DNA of 64,000 nt from NCBI RefSeq assembly GCF_963921235.1, contig NC_086097.1, forward strand, positions 84,260,001-84,324,000, written 5' to 3'. The translations under genes were made by a program, and so were the position numbers. Positions within the stretch are counted from its first letter, which is position 1. The number at the start of each line of letters is the position of its first letter. A model generated the notes under the pieces. The model had not been told where the DNA came from. It worked only from the letters and a program-made list of their open reading frames with translations, and made no database searches. This document shows positions 13,075-26,039 of this stretch, piece after piece. This stretch comes from Mobula hypostoma (Eukaryota).

Positions 13075-13461
13075 TATATGTGGAATTGTTCAGTGAGTTT
13101 TCAGTAATTGTAGTATAGCTGATTCTGTATTTTTCTAGAAGTTTCTCTACAGCCTGTATAATGACACTGAACTTGACTATTTCATAGGCTACTTCTTATC
13201 ACCAGAATGTGCTTTAGCTCTCTGGTGATCTAGATTTTCGTATAATATGATCACAACTTCTTTATCTCTTTGTCTTTTTTTTGTTCTCCATCTTCATTTT
13301 CTCTCTACAATAGAGTGAGTTGGTTACCATAATTTTTTGTTTTGAACACCTGATAAAATGACTATAATTGCAAGATTTGTGCCTCATTCGCGACTTCTGA
13401 AGAACCTCCTGGATCAATATCGCTGGATGCAGCAATGTCAATGCTCATCACTACTGTCATT

Positions 13462-13660
13462 AACACAAAATGCTGGAGGAACTCAGCAGACCAGGCAGCA
13501 TCCTGGAAAAAAGTACAGTCCACATTTCAGGCCAAAACCCCTCGGCAGGATTGAAAGTCGACTGTACTCTTTTCCATAGATGCTGCCTGGTCTGCTGAGT
13601 TCCTCCAGCATTTTGTGTGTGTTGCTCGGATTTCCAGCATCTGCAGATCTTCTCTTGTTT
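13462..13660. mobile_element. Fold-back Penelope-like (PLE) terminal-repeat fragment
   Basis: acacaaaatgctggaggaactcagcagaccaggcagcatc... is followed by its reverse complement. The same sequence terminates the GIY-YIG-coding PLE at 18218-19075. Confidence 0.85.
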
Positions 13661-13676
13661 GAGATATGATCACAAC

Positions 13677-14365
13677 AGACAATAGATAATAGATGCAGGA
13701 GTAGGCCATTCGGCCCTTCGAGCCAGTACCGCCATTCACTGTGATCATGGCTGATCATCCACAATCAGTACCCTGTTCCTGCCTTCTCCCCATATCCCTT
13801 GACTCTGCTAGCTTTAAGAGCTCGATCTAACTCTCTCTTGAAAGCATCCAGAGAATTGGCCTCCACTGCCTTCTGAGGCAGAGCATTCCACAGATCCACA
13901 ACTCTCTGGGTGAAAAAGTTTTTCCTCAACTCCGTTCTAAATGGTTTACCCCTTATTCTTAAACTGTGGCCTCTGGTTCTGGACTCCCCCAACATCAGGA
14001 ACGTTTCCTGCCTCTAGCGTGTCCAATCCCTTAATAATCTTATATGTTTCAATCAGATCTCCTCTCAGCCTTCCAAATTCCAGAGTATACAAGCCCAGTC
14101 GCTCCAATCTTTCAACATATGACAGTCCCGCCATCCCTGGAGTTAACCTCGTGAACCTTTGCTGCACTCCCTCAATAGCAAGAATGTCCCTCCTCAAATT
14201 TGGAGACCAAAACTGCACACAATACTCCATGTGTGGTCTCACCAGGGCCCTGTACAACTGCAGAAGGACCTCTTTGCTCCTATACTCAACTCCCCTTGTT
14301 ATGAAGGCCAACGTGCCATTAGCTTTCTTCACCGCCTGCTGTACCTGCGTGCTCAGTTTTAGTGA
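13677..14365 (-). mobile_element. CR1-type LINE 3' fragment (RT C-terminus plus (CTATT[G]T)n tail)
   Basis: ORF 13946..14578 contains AVKKANGTLAFITRGVEYRSKEVLLQLYRALVRPHMEYCVQFWSP, and ORF 13765..13995 contains TRGHSLRI...NFFTQRVVDLWNALP. Confidence 0.95.
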
Positions 14366-14679
14366 CACTACTATCATGATGATGTTAATACCAACGTGAG
14401 GCTGATTGTAACCTAAAGTGACTGAGTTTGCTCTGTGACTACATCTAAAGAAAAGCACAGAAAGGCATAAAAGGCTACAGACCGAGTGGTGGTAAGTGTG
14501 ATTGGTGTTGATGAGTAGTTGACCTGGTGGACCAAAAGGCCTGTTTCTGTGCTGAGTGACTTCGTGTCCCTCTGGCACCTAATTATCATTGAAAGGGCAA
14601 GAAGTTGGTGTTGGTGCTCTGCTTAAATAGCCAGATGCAGAATATCCAGTCAGTCTGGTTGATGCTTTCAAACTCAGAG

Positions 14680-14922
14680 TTGAGTTTATTATCATTAGTA
14701 TATATATGCACAGGTGCAGTGAAAAACTTAACAGTGTCAGATACATAACACTCCAGGGAAACATTAAAAAACCGCAAGTCCATTGTTGTGCAAAGTGGTC
14801 AAAGCGTTGCTCTACTAAGCAGATGATTGGGGGTGAGCGGGTTGGTTCGTGAATCAAACAGTTGAAGGGAAGTACCTGTTCTTGGACCTGATGGTGTGAG
14901 ACTTCAGGCTTCTGTATCTTCT
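14680..14922 (-). mobile_element. Rex1/L2-like LINE 3' fragment; continues at 16952-17070 after nested insertions
   Basis: ctgttcttggacctgatggtgtgagacttcaggcttctgtatcttct continues as gcctgatggtag...gagaag, matching the intact relative at about 35444-35530. Confidence 0.7.
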
Positions 14923-15161
14923 CACAAACAGAATTTCTGCAGATTCTGGAAATCCAAGCCACACACACAAAATGCTGGAGGCATTCAGCAGGCCAGGCAG
15001 CAACTATGGAAAGGACTGCAGTCGATGTCTCAAGCCGAGACCCTTCCTCGAAAGTGGGGGGGGGGGTGGTCCTGAGGAAGGGTCTTGGCTCAAAACTTTG
15101 ACTGTACTCATTGCCATAGATGCTGCCTGGCCTGCTGAGTTCCTCCAGCATTTTGTATGTG
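14923..15161. mobile_element. Fold-back PLE terminal fragment with 13-bp TSD
   Basis: Inverted arms surround a G-run spacer. TSD is TTCTGTATCTTCT (14910-14922) and TTCTCTATCTTCT (15162-15174). Hammerhead motifs are degenerate. Confidence 0.85.
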
Positions 15162-15179
15162 TTCTCTATCTTCTGCCTA

Positions 15180-16951
15180 TTCACCAGTGAAAAGGACCTT
15201 GATAATTGTGGGGATGAATTATAGCAGACTGAAACGCTTGAGGTGTAGACATCAAGAAAGGATGTGCTGGAGCTTTTGAAAGGTGATAAGTTGCTGGGAC
15301 TGGATGAGATATACCCCAGGCTGCTGTGGGAAGCAAGGGAGGAGATTGCTGAGCCTCTGGCAATGATCTTTGCATCATCAGTAGGGATGGGAGAAGTACC
15401 AAAGGATTGAAGGGTTGCAAATATTGTTTCCTTGTTCAAATAAGGGAGTAGAGATAACCCAGGAAATTATAGACCAGTGAGTCTTTCTTCAGTGGTGGGC
15501 AAGTTGTTGGAGAAGATCTTGAGATGCAGGTTTTATGAGCATTTGGAGAGATATAATCTGATTAAGGATAGTTAGCATGGCTTTGTCAAGGGCAGGTAAT
15601 GCCTAACGCGCCTGATTGAATTCTCTGAGGATGTAACAAAACACATTGAAGGTAGAACAGTGGATGTAGTGTATATGGATTTCAGTAAGGCATTTGGTAA
15701 GTTTCCCCATGCAGGGCTCATTCAGAAAATAAGGAGGCACGAGATCCAAGGAGACCTTGCTTTGTGGATCCAAAATTGGCTTGCCCACAGAAGGCAAAGG
15801 GTGGTTGTAGATGGGTCGTATTCTGCATGGAGAATGGTAACTGGTGGTGTTCCGCAGGGATCTGTTCTGGGACCCTTCTTTGTGATTTTTATAAATGGCC
15901 TGGATGAGGAAGTAGAAGGGTGGGTTAGTAAGTTTGCTGATGACACCAAAGTTGGGGGTGTTGTGGATAGTCTGGAGGGTTGTTAGAGGTAACAGCGAGT
16001 CATCATTTGGATTCAGAACTGGGCTGAGAAGTGGCAGATGGAGTTCAACCCAGATAAGTGTGAAGTGGTTCATTTCAGTAGGTCAAAATTGAAGACAGAA
16101 TGTAATATTAGTGGTAAGTCTGTTGGCAGTGTGAAGGATCAGTAAGATCTTGGGATCCATGTCCATAGAACACTCAAAGCTGCTGCACAGGTTAACAGCG
16201 TAGTTAAGAAGGCGTATGGTGTGATGGCCTTCATTAACTGTGGGATTGAGTTCAAGAGCCATGAGGTAATGTTAAAGCTATATAAGACCTTAGTTAGACC
16301 CCACTTGGAGTACTGTGTCCAGTTCTGGTCACCTCACTACAGGAAGGATATGAGCAACACACACAAAATGATGGAGGAACTCAGCAGGCCAGGCAGCATC
16401 TATGGAAAAGAATGCAGTCAATATTTCAGGCCAAAACCTTTCGGCAGGAAAGATATAGATACTATAGAGAGTATGCAGAGGAAATTTACAAGGATGTTGC
16501 CTGGATTAGAGAGCATGCCTTATGAGAATCAGTCGAGTAAACTTGGCTTTTTCTCCTTGGAGCGACGGAGGATGAGAAGTGAGCTGATAGAGGTGTATAA
16601 GATGATGAGAGGCATTGATTGTGTGAAGGCTTTATCCGAGGGCTGAAATGGCTAATGTGTGAGGGTATCATTTTAAGGTGCTTGGAAGAAGGTACAAGGG
16701 GGATTTCAGAGGTTAGTTTTTCCACACAGAGAGTGGTGGGTGCTTGGAATGCACTGCCAGTGACTCTGGTAGAGGCGGATACAATAGGGTCTTTTAAGAG
16801 ACTCTTAGATAGGTACATGGAGCTTAGAGAAACAGAGGGCTATGCAGTAGGGAAATTCTAGGCAGTTTCTAGAGTAGGTTACATGGTCGGCACAACATTG
16901 TGGGCCGAAGAGCCTGTAATGTGCTGTGGGTTTCTACGTTTTATGTTCTAT
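15180..16951 (+). mobile_element. CR1-type LINE, 5'-truncated, decayed reverse transcriptase
   Basis: Contains [29 protein letters not shown] and LVRPHLEYCVQFWSP motifs with stops and frameshifts, plus a (TTCTATGT)-like tail. Confidence 0.95.
16352..16444 (-). mobile_element. PLE terminal fragment inserted in CR1
   Basis: TSD CAGGAAGGATAT (16340-16351) and CAGGAAAGATAT (16445-16456). Confidence 0.85.
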
Positions 16952-18217
16952 ATTCTGCCTGATGGTAGGTGTGAGAAGATGGCATGGCTTGGATGGTGTC
17001 ATGGATGATGATGGATGTTCCCTTCTTGATCAGTGCCTCCTGCAGGTACTACTGATGGTGAGGAGGGAAGATGATGGAAAAAGATTGTAGAGCATCAGGA
17101 AGTGTGACTAGATATCCAGACTGCTTGTAGCTGCTGTATTTATGTTTTTATGTGATATATTTTGAAAGCTTAAAACTGCAAATGCCAGAAATCCAAAATA
17201 AGACAAGAAAATGCTGGATATACAAAATGGGTTGGAAATGGCTAATATTCTATCAGATGGAAATGTCATACTCTGAAATGGTAACCATTTCCATCTCCAC
17301 AGATGCTGAATCTTTCCAGCATCTACTGTAGCTAGTTTTTCTTTTTGTTGTTGAAGGTTATTTCCTGGCAGTTGTGATACTTACTGCTCTGTCAGCCCAT
17401 GGCTGCACATTGTCCAGATCTTGGTGCATGCGGCCATGAGCAGCATCTTTATCCTGAGCAAATGGAACAGGACTCTGCAATCATGGGAACATCTGGACTT
17501 CTGAACCTGTATAACCACAGAAAACGTTGTTGGCTAGACTCTGACTGCACAGTTTGTCTTGTGCTTTATAACTAAGGATATTCTGTCAGTAAGGTGTTTG
17601 ATTGAAAATGCTGCAAAGACTTGGGGAAAAAAGGAAGGCACAGCCAAATAGTGAATAGCAGTTCTATTTATGAGGAATGCACTACTGTTACAAGCATGGC
17701 ACACTGACAAAGACTCTCACATTTAAGTTCTGCATCAATAAGGCACTGGGCTTTTTTTGACAGGCATATTTAAAAACAATTCCTGTCTGTTCTGCCACAT
17801 TGTGATATGGAAAGAATTAGTTTTGTTTCATGCAATAATCTGGGCCAGTTTGATGTTTTCTGTGAGATTCTTTTATATAGCACAGGATGGTAAGATTGGG
17901 ACTGTTGGGGAGTGCATTCTGGTTCAAGCCCATAGACTTCAAGAGCTACATGAGGGCAATTTGCTGTACAACGTGTCAGAGACTGCTGAAGCTATTTATC
18001 ATGTTGGTTGTGTGCAGCCTTGCTACTCCCCATTGTTATTTTCTGTATTGATCTTCCCATAGATGTGACTGGGCAGACAGGCGATCTGATCTTGGATACC
18101 AACCTGTGCTTTATTCATCTTAGTGGGGAAAGATGCCTCATGAATTCAGTATTCAAAGGAGCGAGGCTGTCAGCAACTGAGTCCTCTTAGATTATGAGTA
18201 CATTGATAATATTTTTA

Positions 18218-19075
18218 CCTCACCGCCCCTCCCCACTCTCCGCTACTCAAAGGGATCACTCCCTCTGCAATTCCCTTGTCCATTTGTCTCTCCCACTAAT
18301 CTCCCTCCAGAGCACTTATCCCTGCAGGCGGCCCAAGCGCTACACCTGCCCATTTACCTTCTCCCTCACCTCCATTCAGGGCCTCAAACAGACCTTTCAG
18401 GTGAGACAACGCTTCACCTGAGAATCTGCTGGGGTCGTCTATTGTGTCCGGTACTCCCGATGCGGCCTCCTCTGCATCGGTGAGACCCGTTGTAAATTGG
18501 GGGGGGGGCGCTTCATCGAGCACCTCCACACCATCCGCCACAAGCAGGACTTCCTGGCGGCCAAACATTTTAATTCGGATTCCCATTCCCGTTCTGACAT
18601 GTTGGTCCATGGCCTCCTCCTGTGCCAAGATGAGGCCACCCTCAGGGTGGTGGAACAACACTTTATATTTCATCTGGGTACCCTCCAACCTGATGGCATG
18701 AATTTTGATTTCTCCTTCTGGTAAACAAAATTCCCTACCCATCCACCCTTCCTCTCTACCCCACTCTGACCTTTTACTTCTTCACACCTGCCTGTTACTT
18801 CCTCCTTGTCCCCTCATCCTTCCCTTTCTCCTATTGTCCACTCTCCTCTCCCATCACATTCTTTCATCTCCAGCCTGTGACCTTTCCCACCCACCAGTCC
18901 TTTTTACCTGACACCTCCCAGCTATTGTCTTTCCTCTCCCTCCCTCTTTTTATTCTGCCATCTACCCCTTCCTTCTCAGTCCTGGAGAAGGGTCTTGGCT
19001 CGAAACGTCGACTGTTTACTCCTTTCCATAGATGCTGCCTGACCTACTGAGTTCCTCCAGTGTTTTCTGCAGGTT
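18218..19075 (+). mobile_element. Penelope-like retroelement 3' part: GIY-YIG endonuclease remnant plus terminal repeat with degenerate hammerhead
   Basis: Translates FTCESAGVVYCVRYSRCGLLCIGETRCKLG / RFIEHLHTIRHKQDFLAAKHFNS...EQHFIFHLGTLQPDGMN. Near 18978 is AGTC-CTGGAGA-...-GAAACGTC-GACT, with the core A changed to G. Confidence 0.92.
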
Positions 19076-19459
19076 ACTCTTAGATTTTGCCTATTACATT
19101 GGAGGGACATTGGCGATTACAGTTACAAAAGAAAGGAAGTGATGTTGAATAGGGAGTGGTTATCACCACCACCTCACAGTTCCTGGGTTTCCGTTTGATC
19201 CTGACCTCAGGAAATGGCTGTGGTATTTGTGTGTTCTCCCTGTGACTGTGTGGACTTGGTCCAGGTGCTGTTATATTGATTGACTGCTGTAAAATATCCC
19301 TTAGTGTAGGCTAATGGCGAAGAGAATGGATGGACATGCTTGAGGCGTTCTCTGTGAGGGAGAAAAATTTGCACTGCATATTTTCTTCAACTGTTCCATC
19401 CTCCCCTAAAATTGCACGCCTTCTTTGAAATCAAAGAGAAGATTGGAAGCTGAGGTAGC

Positions 19460-19775
19460 TGCTAGTTTGTAGGGTTGTTTGCTGAGCTTGGAAATTAGGT
19501 TGCAAACGCTTTGTTGCTAGTTGAGTTGACATCAGAGCGCATCATCAGTTGGACACCCGAGGAACCAATGCTCACGATGGTCAGGGTTACGGGACCCAAC
19601 AGAGACTAGCGGCTGGCGCGACAGCCAACCAATCAGAACAACGAGTCTGATCAATACAAACGAGAGCACTCGGCAGAAATAACACGCAACTGTGCACCGA
19701 TGATGTCAGCTGGACTGGTGACGAAAAGTTTGCGACCTAACCTCCGGGCTCGGCGAACAATGCTACAAACTAGCA
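19460..19775. mobile_element. Fold-back fragment of a second PLE family
   Basis: Inverted arms of about 80 bp (tgctagtttgtag... and ...ctacaaactagca). Hammerhead-like GCA-CCGATGA-TGTCAGC..GGTGAC-GAAA-AGTT-TGC at 19694-19733. Confidence 0.7.
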
Positions 19776-22700
19776 TATCTTCTTCTAATTGACATTTCTA
19801 CCCTGGGAAAAGAATTCTTACTGTCCACCCCTTCTGTGTCCCTCACAATTTTACAAACTTCCACCAGGTCTTCCCTCAGCTGCTGGCATTCAAGAGAAAA
19901 CAATTCAAATTTGCGGGCGTCAAAGGTTCTGTGGAGAAGGCAGGGGTTGAGAGGGATAATAAGTCAGCCATGATCGATTGGCAGACAGACTCAATGGCCC
20001 AAGTGGCCTAATTCTGCTCCTAATAGCTCATACCCATCCTGGTAAATGTCTTCTGCACCCTTTCCAAATCCTCTGTGTCCTTCCTATAAAGGGGCAACCA
20101 GAAATGCATGCAAAGCTCCAAGTGTAGCCTGTGCCATACGTCAGTGTTGTTGAGGGTGCTGCCACTTGCTGTATATGTTCCCCATGGGTATGGATCCAGT
20201 AGGCTGAGTGGTAATTTACTGTGTTGTTATAAGAAATGGTGCATGACTATGGGCTGCAGTTGAATTTTGTATATAGTTTTGGTGGTATGGTGATGTCAAA
20301 GAAATGAAAAATGTCCTGTGTATATAACTAGGATGTTGCCATGAAAGCGGAGTTTGAAGAGAAATTTGAGAAGGTAGTGCTTGCCCCACAGGAGCACTGA
20401 AGGTTAAGTTGACGGCAAAAAGACTACAAAGCAATGGAATGACTAGTGATCTGATGGAGGCAGTAGTCAGAAATTCAAGGTAATCTCAAAGAATTTGAGA
20501 AGAGACTAATGTAACTGTTCTGCAAAAGATGATTTGTGCGGAATTCTCTGGCACAAATTACTTGACCACTTAAAGCAGCTGCACTAGGCTTTAAAAGGCC
20601 CGAGTATTTAAAGGGTATGGAGAAAGAATAAAGAGTGGCTGAAGTAGGTGAGATGTGTGAAGAGAGACTGGAGAATTTTGAAATTTGAACAAGGTTTGAA
20701 TGGCTGAAGGCAGCAACATGTCAGGGACATGACCGGCGCTGTGCTGTAGTGGCAACAAAAACAACCAGTGTTTGCATTGCACCTTTCAACAGAGCTAAAT
20801 GTGATGAGGTGCAGTACATGAACTTTATCAGGGAGAAATTGGGAGAGAGCCAAATAAGAAAACAGTAAAACAGGTCATCAAATGTTTGCTTCAGAAAGAA
20901 CATTTTGAAATGTACCTTAAAGGAAAAGTAAAGTAAGAAAGGTTTGGGACTTGGGGTCTTTGCAGCTGAATTAAACTTGGAGGTGATTGAGATTAGAATT
21001 GGGAGAGTAGTTAACTCATAGGGTTGTAGAGCTCGAGCAGGTAACTGAATAAGATCCATTCTGCTTCATCACCACACTTATAAAACCTCCAGAGAGTTAA
21101 TCTAGACACATGAGTAATGAGAAATATGATCTTTTGTCTGTCTTTCAGCTTTCTATATTTGATCTAGTTGTCCTGGGAATAAACATCGATCAATGTACTA
21201 AGAATTTGAAGATTATTTTTTAATGGTATTGCCCTGCTGGTTCTTGCCAGAATTTGTTCAAGATTCTGAAACTGGATACCTTAATTTGTCAGTGCAATTA
21301 GCTGACATTTCTAGTTAACGTTTTCATATTTTTCGAATTCTAAGGAGACTTGTTTGGATATTTTTACTGTGCGCTTTTGAGAAAAAACAGCTCTTAACTG
21401 GAGTATTTCAAAGCAGTAATGTCCTTTTGGCTATGCCAGTGAGTGATTCTCATAAACAACTCTGACTAGATCATGTGAGAAGGGTTGATTTTTTAGTACA
21501 TAAAAAAAAATTAAGACCAGGAATTTGGTTAATCTCATATATAACTGACCACCATTCAGTTCCCTAGAGGCTTTGAGTCCACTAACCAAACTTGGTGGAG
21601 CCCTTGAAAATTTATGAATATTGACTATTTTTGAAAATCATTAAAAGTATTCTGATCTGAATTCTCCAGATTGAATGTTAAGTATTTCTATGATTACCTT
21701 TTATTTTTTGGCCATTAAATATTTTTGTTCACCTGGCTTCACTTCTTTACTAAAGAGCATGTGTAATGTTCTCTTCCCCTCACGTGAAGGAACTTTGGAG
21801 CAGGATACGACCATTCAGCCCCTCGAGTCCGTTTGCTGTTTGAAGGCTGATCTTCACCTTCAACTCATTCACTTTTTTCATAATGTAATCTATTGAAAAC
21901 AAAGCTGCTGTGCATCTTGAGAATGTCAGTGGATTCCCAACATCTGCAGCCTCTAAAATGGTGGAGTTGATGTCTCCAATAACCTTTGGATTGAGGGTTG
22001 TGTGCAGGATAGAATGGAATATCTCAAGTTTTTTATCCCTTAAGCAGACAAAATGACTGGATTTACCTTATGGAATATCCTTTTAACTCAAGCATCTCAG
22101 GGGAATCATCCTTTTAAAAAGTTCAAATGTTCAAAGGTACTTTTAGCGTCAGAGTATGATACAGAATGCCACCTGAAATTTGTACTCTTCACAGACATCC
22201 ACGATGCAAAGAAACGCCATAAAACAAATTATAGAAACATGGAATCTCCAAAGACTGCCCCCTGCCATTCACACAAGCAGAAGCAAAAGCATTAACCCCC
22301 CCATGCAACTGTGCTAGCAGAATCACCCCCCCCCACCATGCAACCTTTTAATTTTCAGAAAGTGCACTTTAATTGTGCATCCATATTGAAGTATGGTGGT
22401 AAGTCAATGGAAAATGTGTTCCAACTGATGTCCAGCAAAGTTTCATCAAATCTTGCATAGGTGCCCCTTGTTGTTGATGCCCGACACCACCCAAGGATCC
22501 ACTACACCCATTTGAGGGAGATAAGCTAGTGCTGGCAAATGGCACTCTCCTCAGTTTCAGTGCGTGCAACAGCTGTCCAAAGTCAGGAACACTCCTTGAT
22601 GACTCTAGAATGGCTATTGAACTATTTCCTGCTTGCCAGATTTACACGAGCCCATGCTGCCTTTTGGCAAGTACGAAACAAGTGGTTTATAACCTGCTCG

Positions 22701-23562
22701 TCCATTCCCAATGATTGCAGAGAGTCCTGCTCCTGACCTAAGTTGCCCTCTGCTAACTCTGTACCACACATTGCACGTTTCCTTTTGAGCTGCCTCAGGG
22801 CATACATGGCTCTGATTCACTAATACAATCAATAACAGGGCTAAGTCCTCCTCCAGCTTTGCCCTCCCCGGTTTAGTGCTGTCTGTATTCAGCTGGGAAA
22901 CAAGAGGCCAACTATTGAACTGTATTGCTTTACTCATCACCCGATATATCCGTCTTTCCCAAGTACTTGGGTTTCATATTCCATCCTGAATCATCCCTAC
23001 GACCTTTACAAAATGGTTACAACATAATTAAACTGCACCGACGATTTTTCCAGCTCCTGCAACGTGAGTCACCCAAGTGGTTTCACTCACTGGGAGTCTG
23101 ACAACTTTATTGGGAATCTGCTGAAGATTGGCGACATGAAAGCATCTCTCAGGCTCCCCATGTTTTTTTTTGTCGACTTAAAATGATTTGCTTAAGATGC
23201 AGGCTGTTGGAAAACAGTTTTGGCCACCTAGGCACACGGAAGTGTTGAAAGTTCTAGGGCGGAAAGCTGTTGTCTGGAAGAAAGTTGCAAGCTAGCTCCT
23301 GTCACTGCCATGGCAACGATCCATTTTTCAGACTTGACCGTCCTCGTTTCCACTAGGCAGGAATGTTTGTTATCACCTCTTTCCCATTGACAGATCCTGG
23401 ATTTTGCCACTCACCTACATGATAAGAGCATTTTCCAGTGGCAGTTAACCTACTAGCTTGCACGCTTTGGAACGTGAGAGGAAACTGGACCGCCCAGCTG
23501 AAGCTTTCCTGGTCACAGAGGGAATGTGCATTCCCCACTGGAACTGAGACAGTAGCTGTATT

Positions 23563-24272
23563 ACAAACATGAGAAAGTCTGCAGATGCTGGAAATCCAGA
23601 GCAACACACACAAAATGCTGGAGGAACGCAGCAGATTGGGCAGCATCTATGGAAATGAATACAGTCAACATTTTGGGCCGAAACCCTTTCTCAGGGCTGA
23701 AAAGGAAGGGGGAAGATGTCAGAATAGAAAGGTTGGGTGGGGGGGTGGATTTAGAAGGTGATAGGTGAAACAGGGTGGGTTGGAAAGAAGAAGGGCTGGA
23801 GAGGAAGGAATCTGATAAGAGAGGAGCGTGGACTATAGGAGAAAGGGAAGGTAGGAGGGGTCCCAGGGGAGGTGATAGGCAGGTGAGAAGAGATGAGAGG
23901 CCAGAGTAGGGAACAGAAGAAGAGGGGAGGGGGGAGGGAATTTTATTTTACCAGAAGGAGAAATCGATATTCATGCCATCAGGTTGGAGGCTACTCAGAT
24001 GGAAATAAGCTGTTGCTCCTCCACCCTAAGGGCAACCTCATCATGGCACAAGAGGAGGCCATGGATCGACACATCGGAATGGGGATTGGCATTAAAAATG
24101 TTTGACTATTGGGAGGTTCTGCTTGTGGCGGATGGAGTGGAGGTGCTCGATGAAGCATTTCCCCCAATTTACAATGGTGTCACCAATGTAGAGGAGGTGG
24201 TATCGGGAGCATTGGACACAATAGATGACCCCAGCAGATTCGCAGGTGAAGTGTTGCCTCACCTGGAAGGAC
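23563..24272 (-). mobile_element. Penelope-like element 3' part (GIY-YIG remnant)
   Basis: ORF 24092..24274 reads FQVRQHFTCESAGVIYCVQCSRYHLLYIGDT. It is the reverse complement of the 18.2-19.1 kb element. Confidence 0.92.
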
Positions 24273-24619
24273 ATTCATCTCGTCCTCCACCTCCATTCAG
24301 GACAATGTGGTGATTCAGTAAAAATTTAGGATATTATGAGCAGCTGACAGGGCAGATAGAGGGTAATTACTTCTATTGATTTTGAGGAGGGTGTTTGTGG
24401 TCTGTAGGGCATGGTCTCAAATTCTGAGTTGGGTTGTTGGGTGTGATAAAGAATCGGGTGTTTTAAGACTTAGATTTTAGGATTATATCCTAATTGTGCT
24501 GTAGAGGAAATAGACTTTTCCTTTGTAAGTGTCCAATTGAATCCATTTACCATTTCATTATTTTTCCTTAAAAAGCTTATGAGTTTTGACAGTGTGGCCA
24601 GATTCTGCTCTAATTCTAA

Positions 24620-25400
24620 CTTCAAGCTTGCAGATGATTCCTTTGTAATGGGTCATAATTCAAATCATGGAGTACAGGAAGGATATTGAAAAACCTGTGA
24701 CATGGTATCATGACAACAATCTTTCCCTCAATGTCAGCAAAACTAAAGAGGGAGTTATTGATTGGGGCAGTGCTGTAGTAGCCTGTCCTGGTTCAGTCAT
24801 GTAGTTGCCATGGCCACGAAGGCTCTCCAGTGCCTCTACCTCCTCGGGAGGCTAAAGGAATTTGGCATGTTGCGCTTAGGCCCATTGATTCACCATAGAA
24901 GCCATCTTATCCAGATGCATTACGGGTTGATGAGGCAACTGTTGTGCCCTTAACCACAGGAAACTGCACAGTGTTCTGGGCATAGATCACTACATCTTAG
25001 AAAAATTGACCTTGTCTGTACTTCTCATTGCCTCAGCAAAGCAGCCAACATAATCAAAGAGTCCACTCACACCGGACTTCCCCCCCTTCTCATCTCACTC
25101 ATCAGGCAGAAGACACAAAAGCCAGAGAGCATGTACCACCAGGCTCAAGGACAGCTTCTATCCCACTGTTATGAGACCATTGACTCGCTCCCTAGTACAA
25201 TGACATGTATCCTTAACCTCGCAATCTACCTTGCTTTGACCTTGCACCTACTGTCTACCTGCGCTGCACTTACTCTGTAACTGTAACACTTTATTCTGCA
25301 CTCTGTTATTGTTTTACACTGATGTCATGAAATGATCTGAATGACCAGTGTGCAAGACAAGTTTTTTATTGTACTTGGGTCCACGTGACAATAATAAACT
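24620..25400 (+). mobile_element. Decayed Rex1/L2-like LINE 3' part
   Basis: KLADD motif at the start, ctcaatgtcagcaaaactaaagag (LNVSKTKE), accaccaggctcaaggacagcttctatccc (TTRLKDSFYP), and tail gtgacaataataaac. Confidence 0.8.
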
Positions 25401-25589
25401 ACTACACCTTCCTCATAAAACCTTGTGAATTCTGCCACAGAAATCATTTCTAGTCAATGTTTTTTTTCTTGATCAAAGTCACAATGTTAATTCTAAGGAC
25501 TTATGATTTTCACAATCTCTTACATGGAACCTGGCGGGATATCACTTGGCTTTCTAAATAGACAACATCCATAGAAACTTCTCGATTAC

Positions 25590-25730
25590 ATGAAGGGTCC
25601 CACCGAAGGGTGTTGGCCTGAAATGTCAACTGTACTCTTTTCCACAGTTGGTGCCTGGCCTGCTGAGTTCCTCCAGTATTTTGTGTGTTGCTTGGATTTC
25701 CAGCATCTGCAGATTTTCTCTTGTTTGTGT
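25590..25730 (+). mobile_element. PLE terminal fragment
   Basis: gaagggtgttggcctgaaatgtcaactgtactc...ccagcatctgcagattttctcttgttt. Other short or older copies lie at about 905-1050, 2490-2590, 17170-17330, 28331-28457, 43370-43447, 45440-45650, 45797-45965, 56958-57024, 57680-57835 and 59305-59757. Confidence 0.8.
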
Positions 25731-26039
25731 AAGTTCTCTATTGATATTGCTTGTGTTCACTTAAAAAATTGACTAACGGGACTTACCCATTGCAAATTCA
25801 TGCTAGCTCATTGGTAAAATAATAGATCTCTAAGAGCTCAACAGTTTTCATTACAGATTTAAGTATATTTTCTTAATATTGAACTCTAAGGCCTGCAATT
25901 ATGTATTATAAGGATCCCCAGGATGACTTCAGTTTGCCAATTTAAGTGGTACTATTTCTGATTCTAGACAACTTTGGAATATTATGTCTAAAACATCAGC
26001 AATTTCCCAAGTTATTACATAAAATAGCTCAAACAAGAC

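Noticed and set aside
14579..15439. 286-aa ORF, the longest in the track
   Set aside because: A chance read-through of antisense CR1, the PLE hairpin and a Rex1-like tail; no coherent protein.
18975..19015. Hammerhead motifs here and at about 15070, 23660, 25600 and 59668 as active ribozymes
   Set aside because: Each has substitutions in the CUGANGA, GAAA or GUC core.
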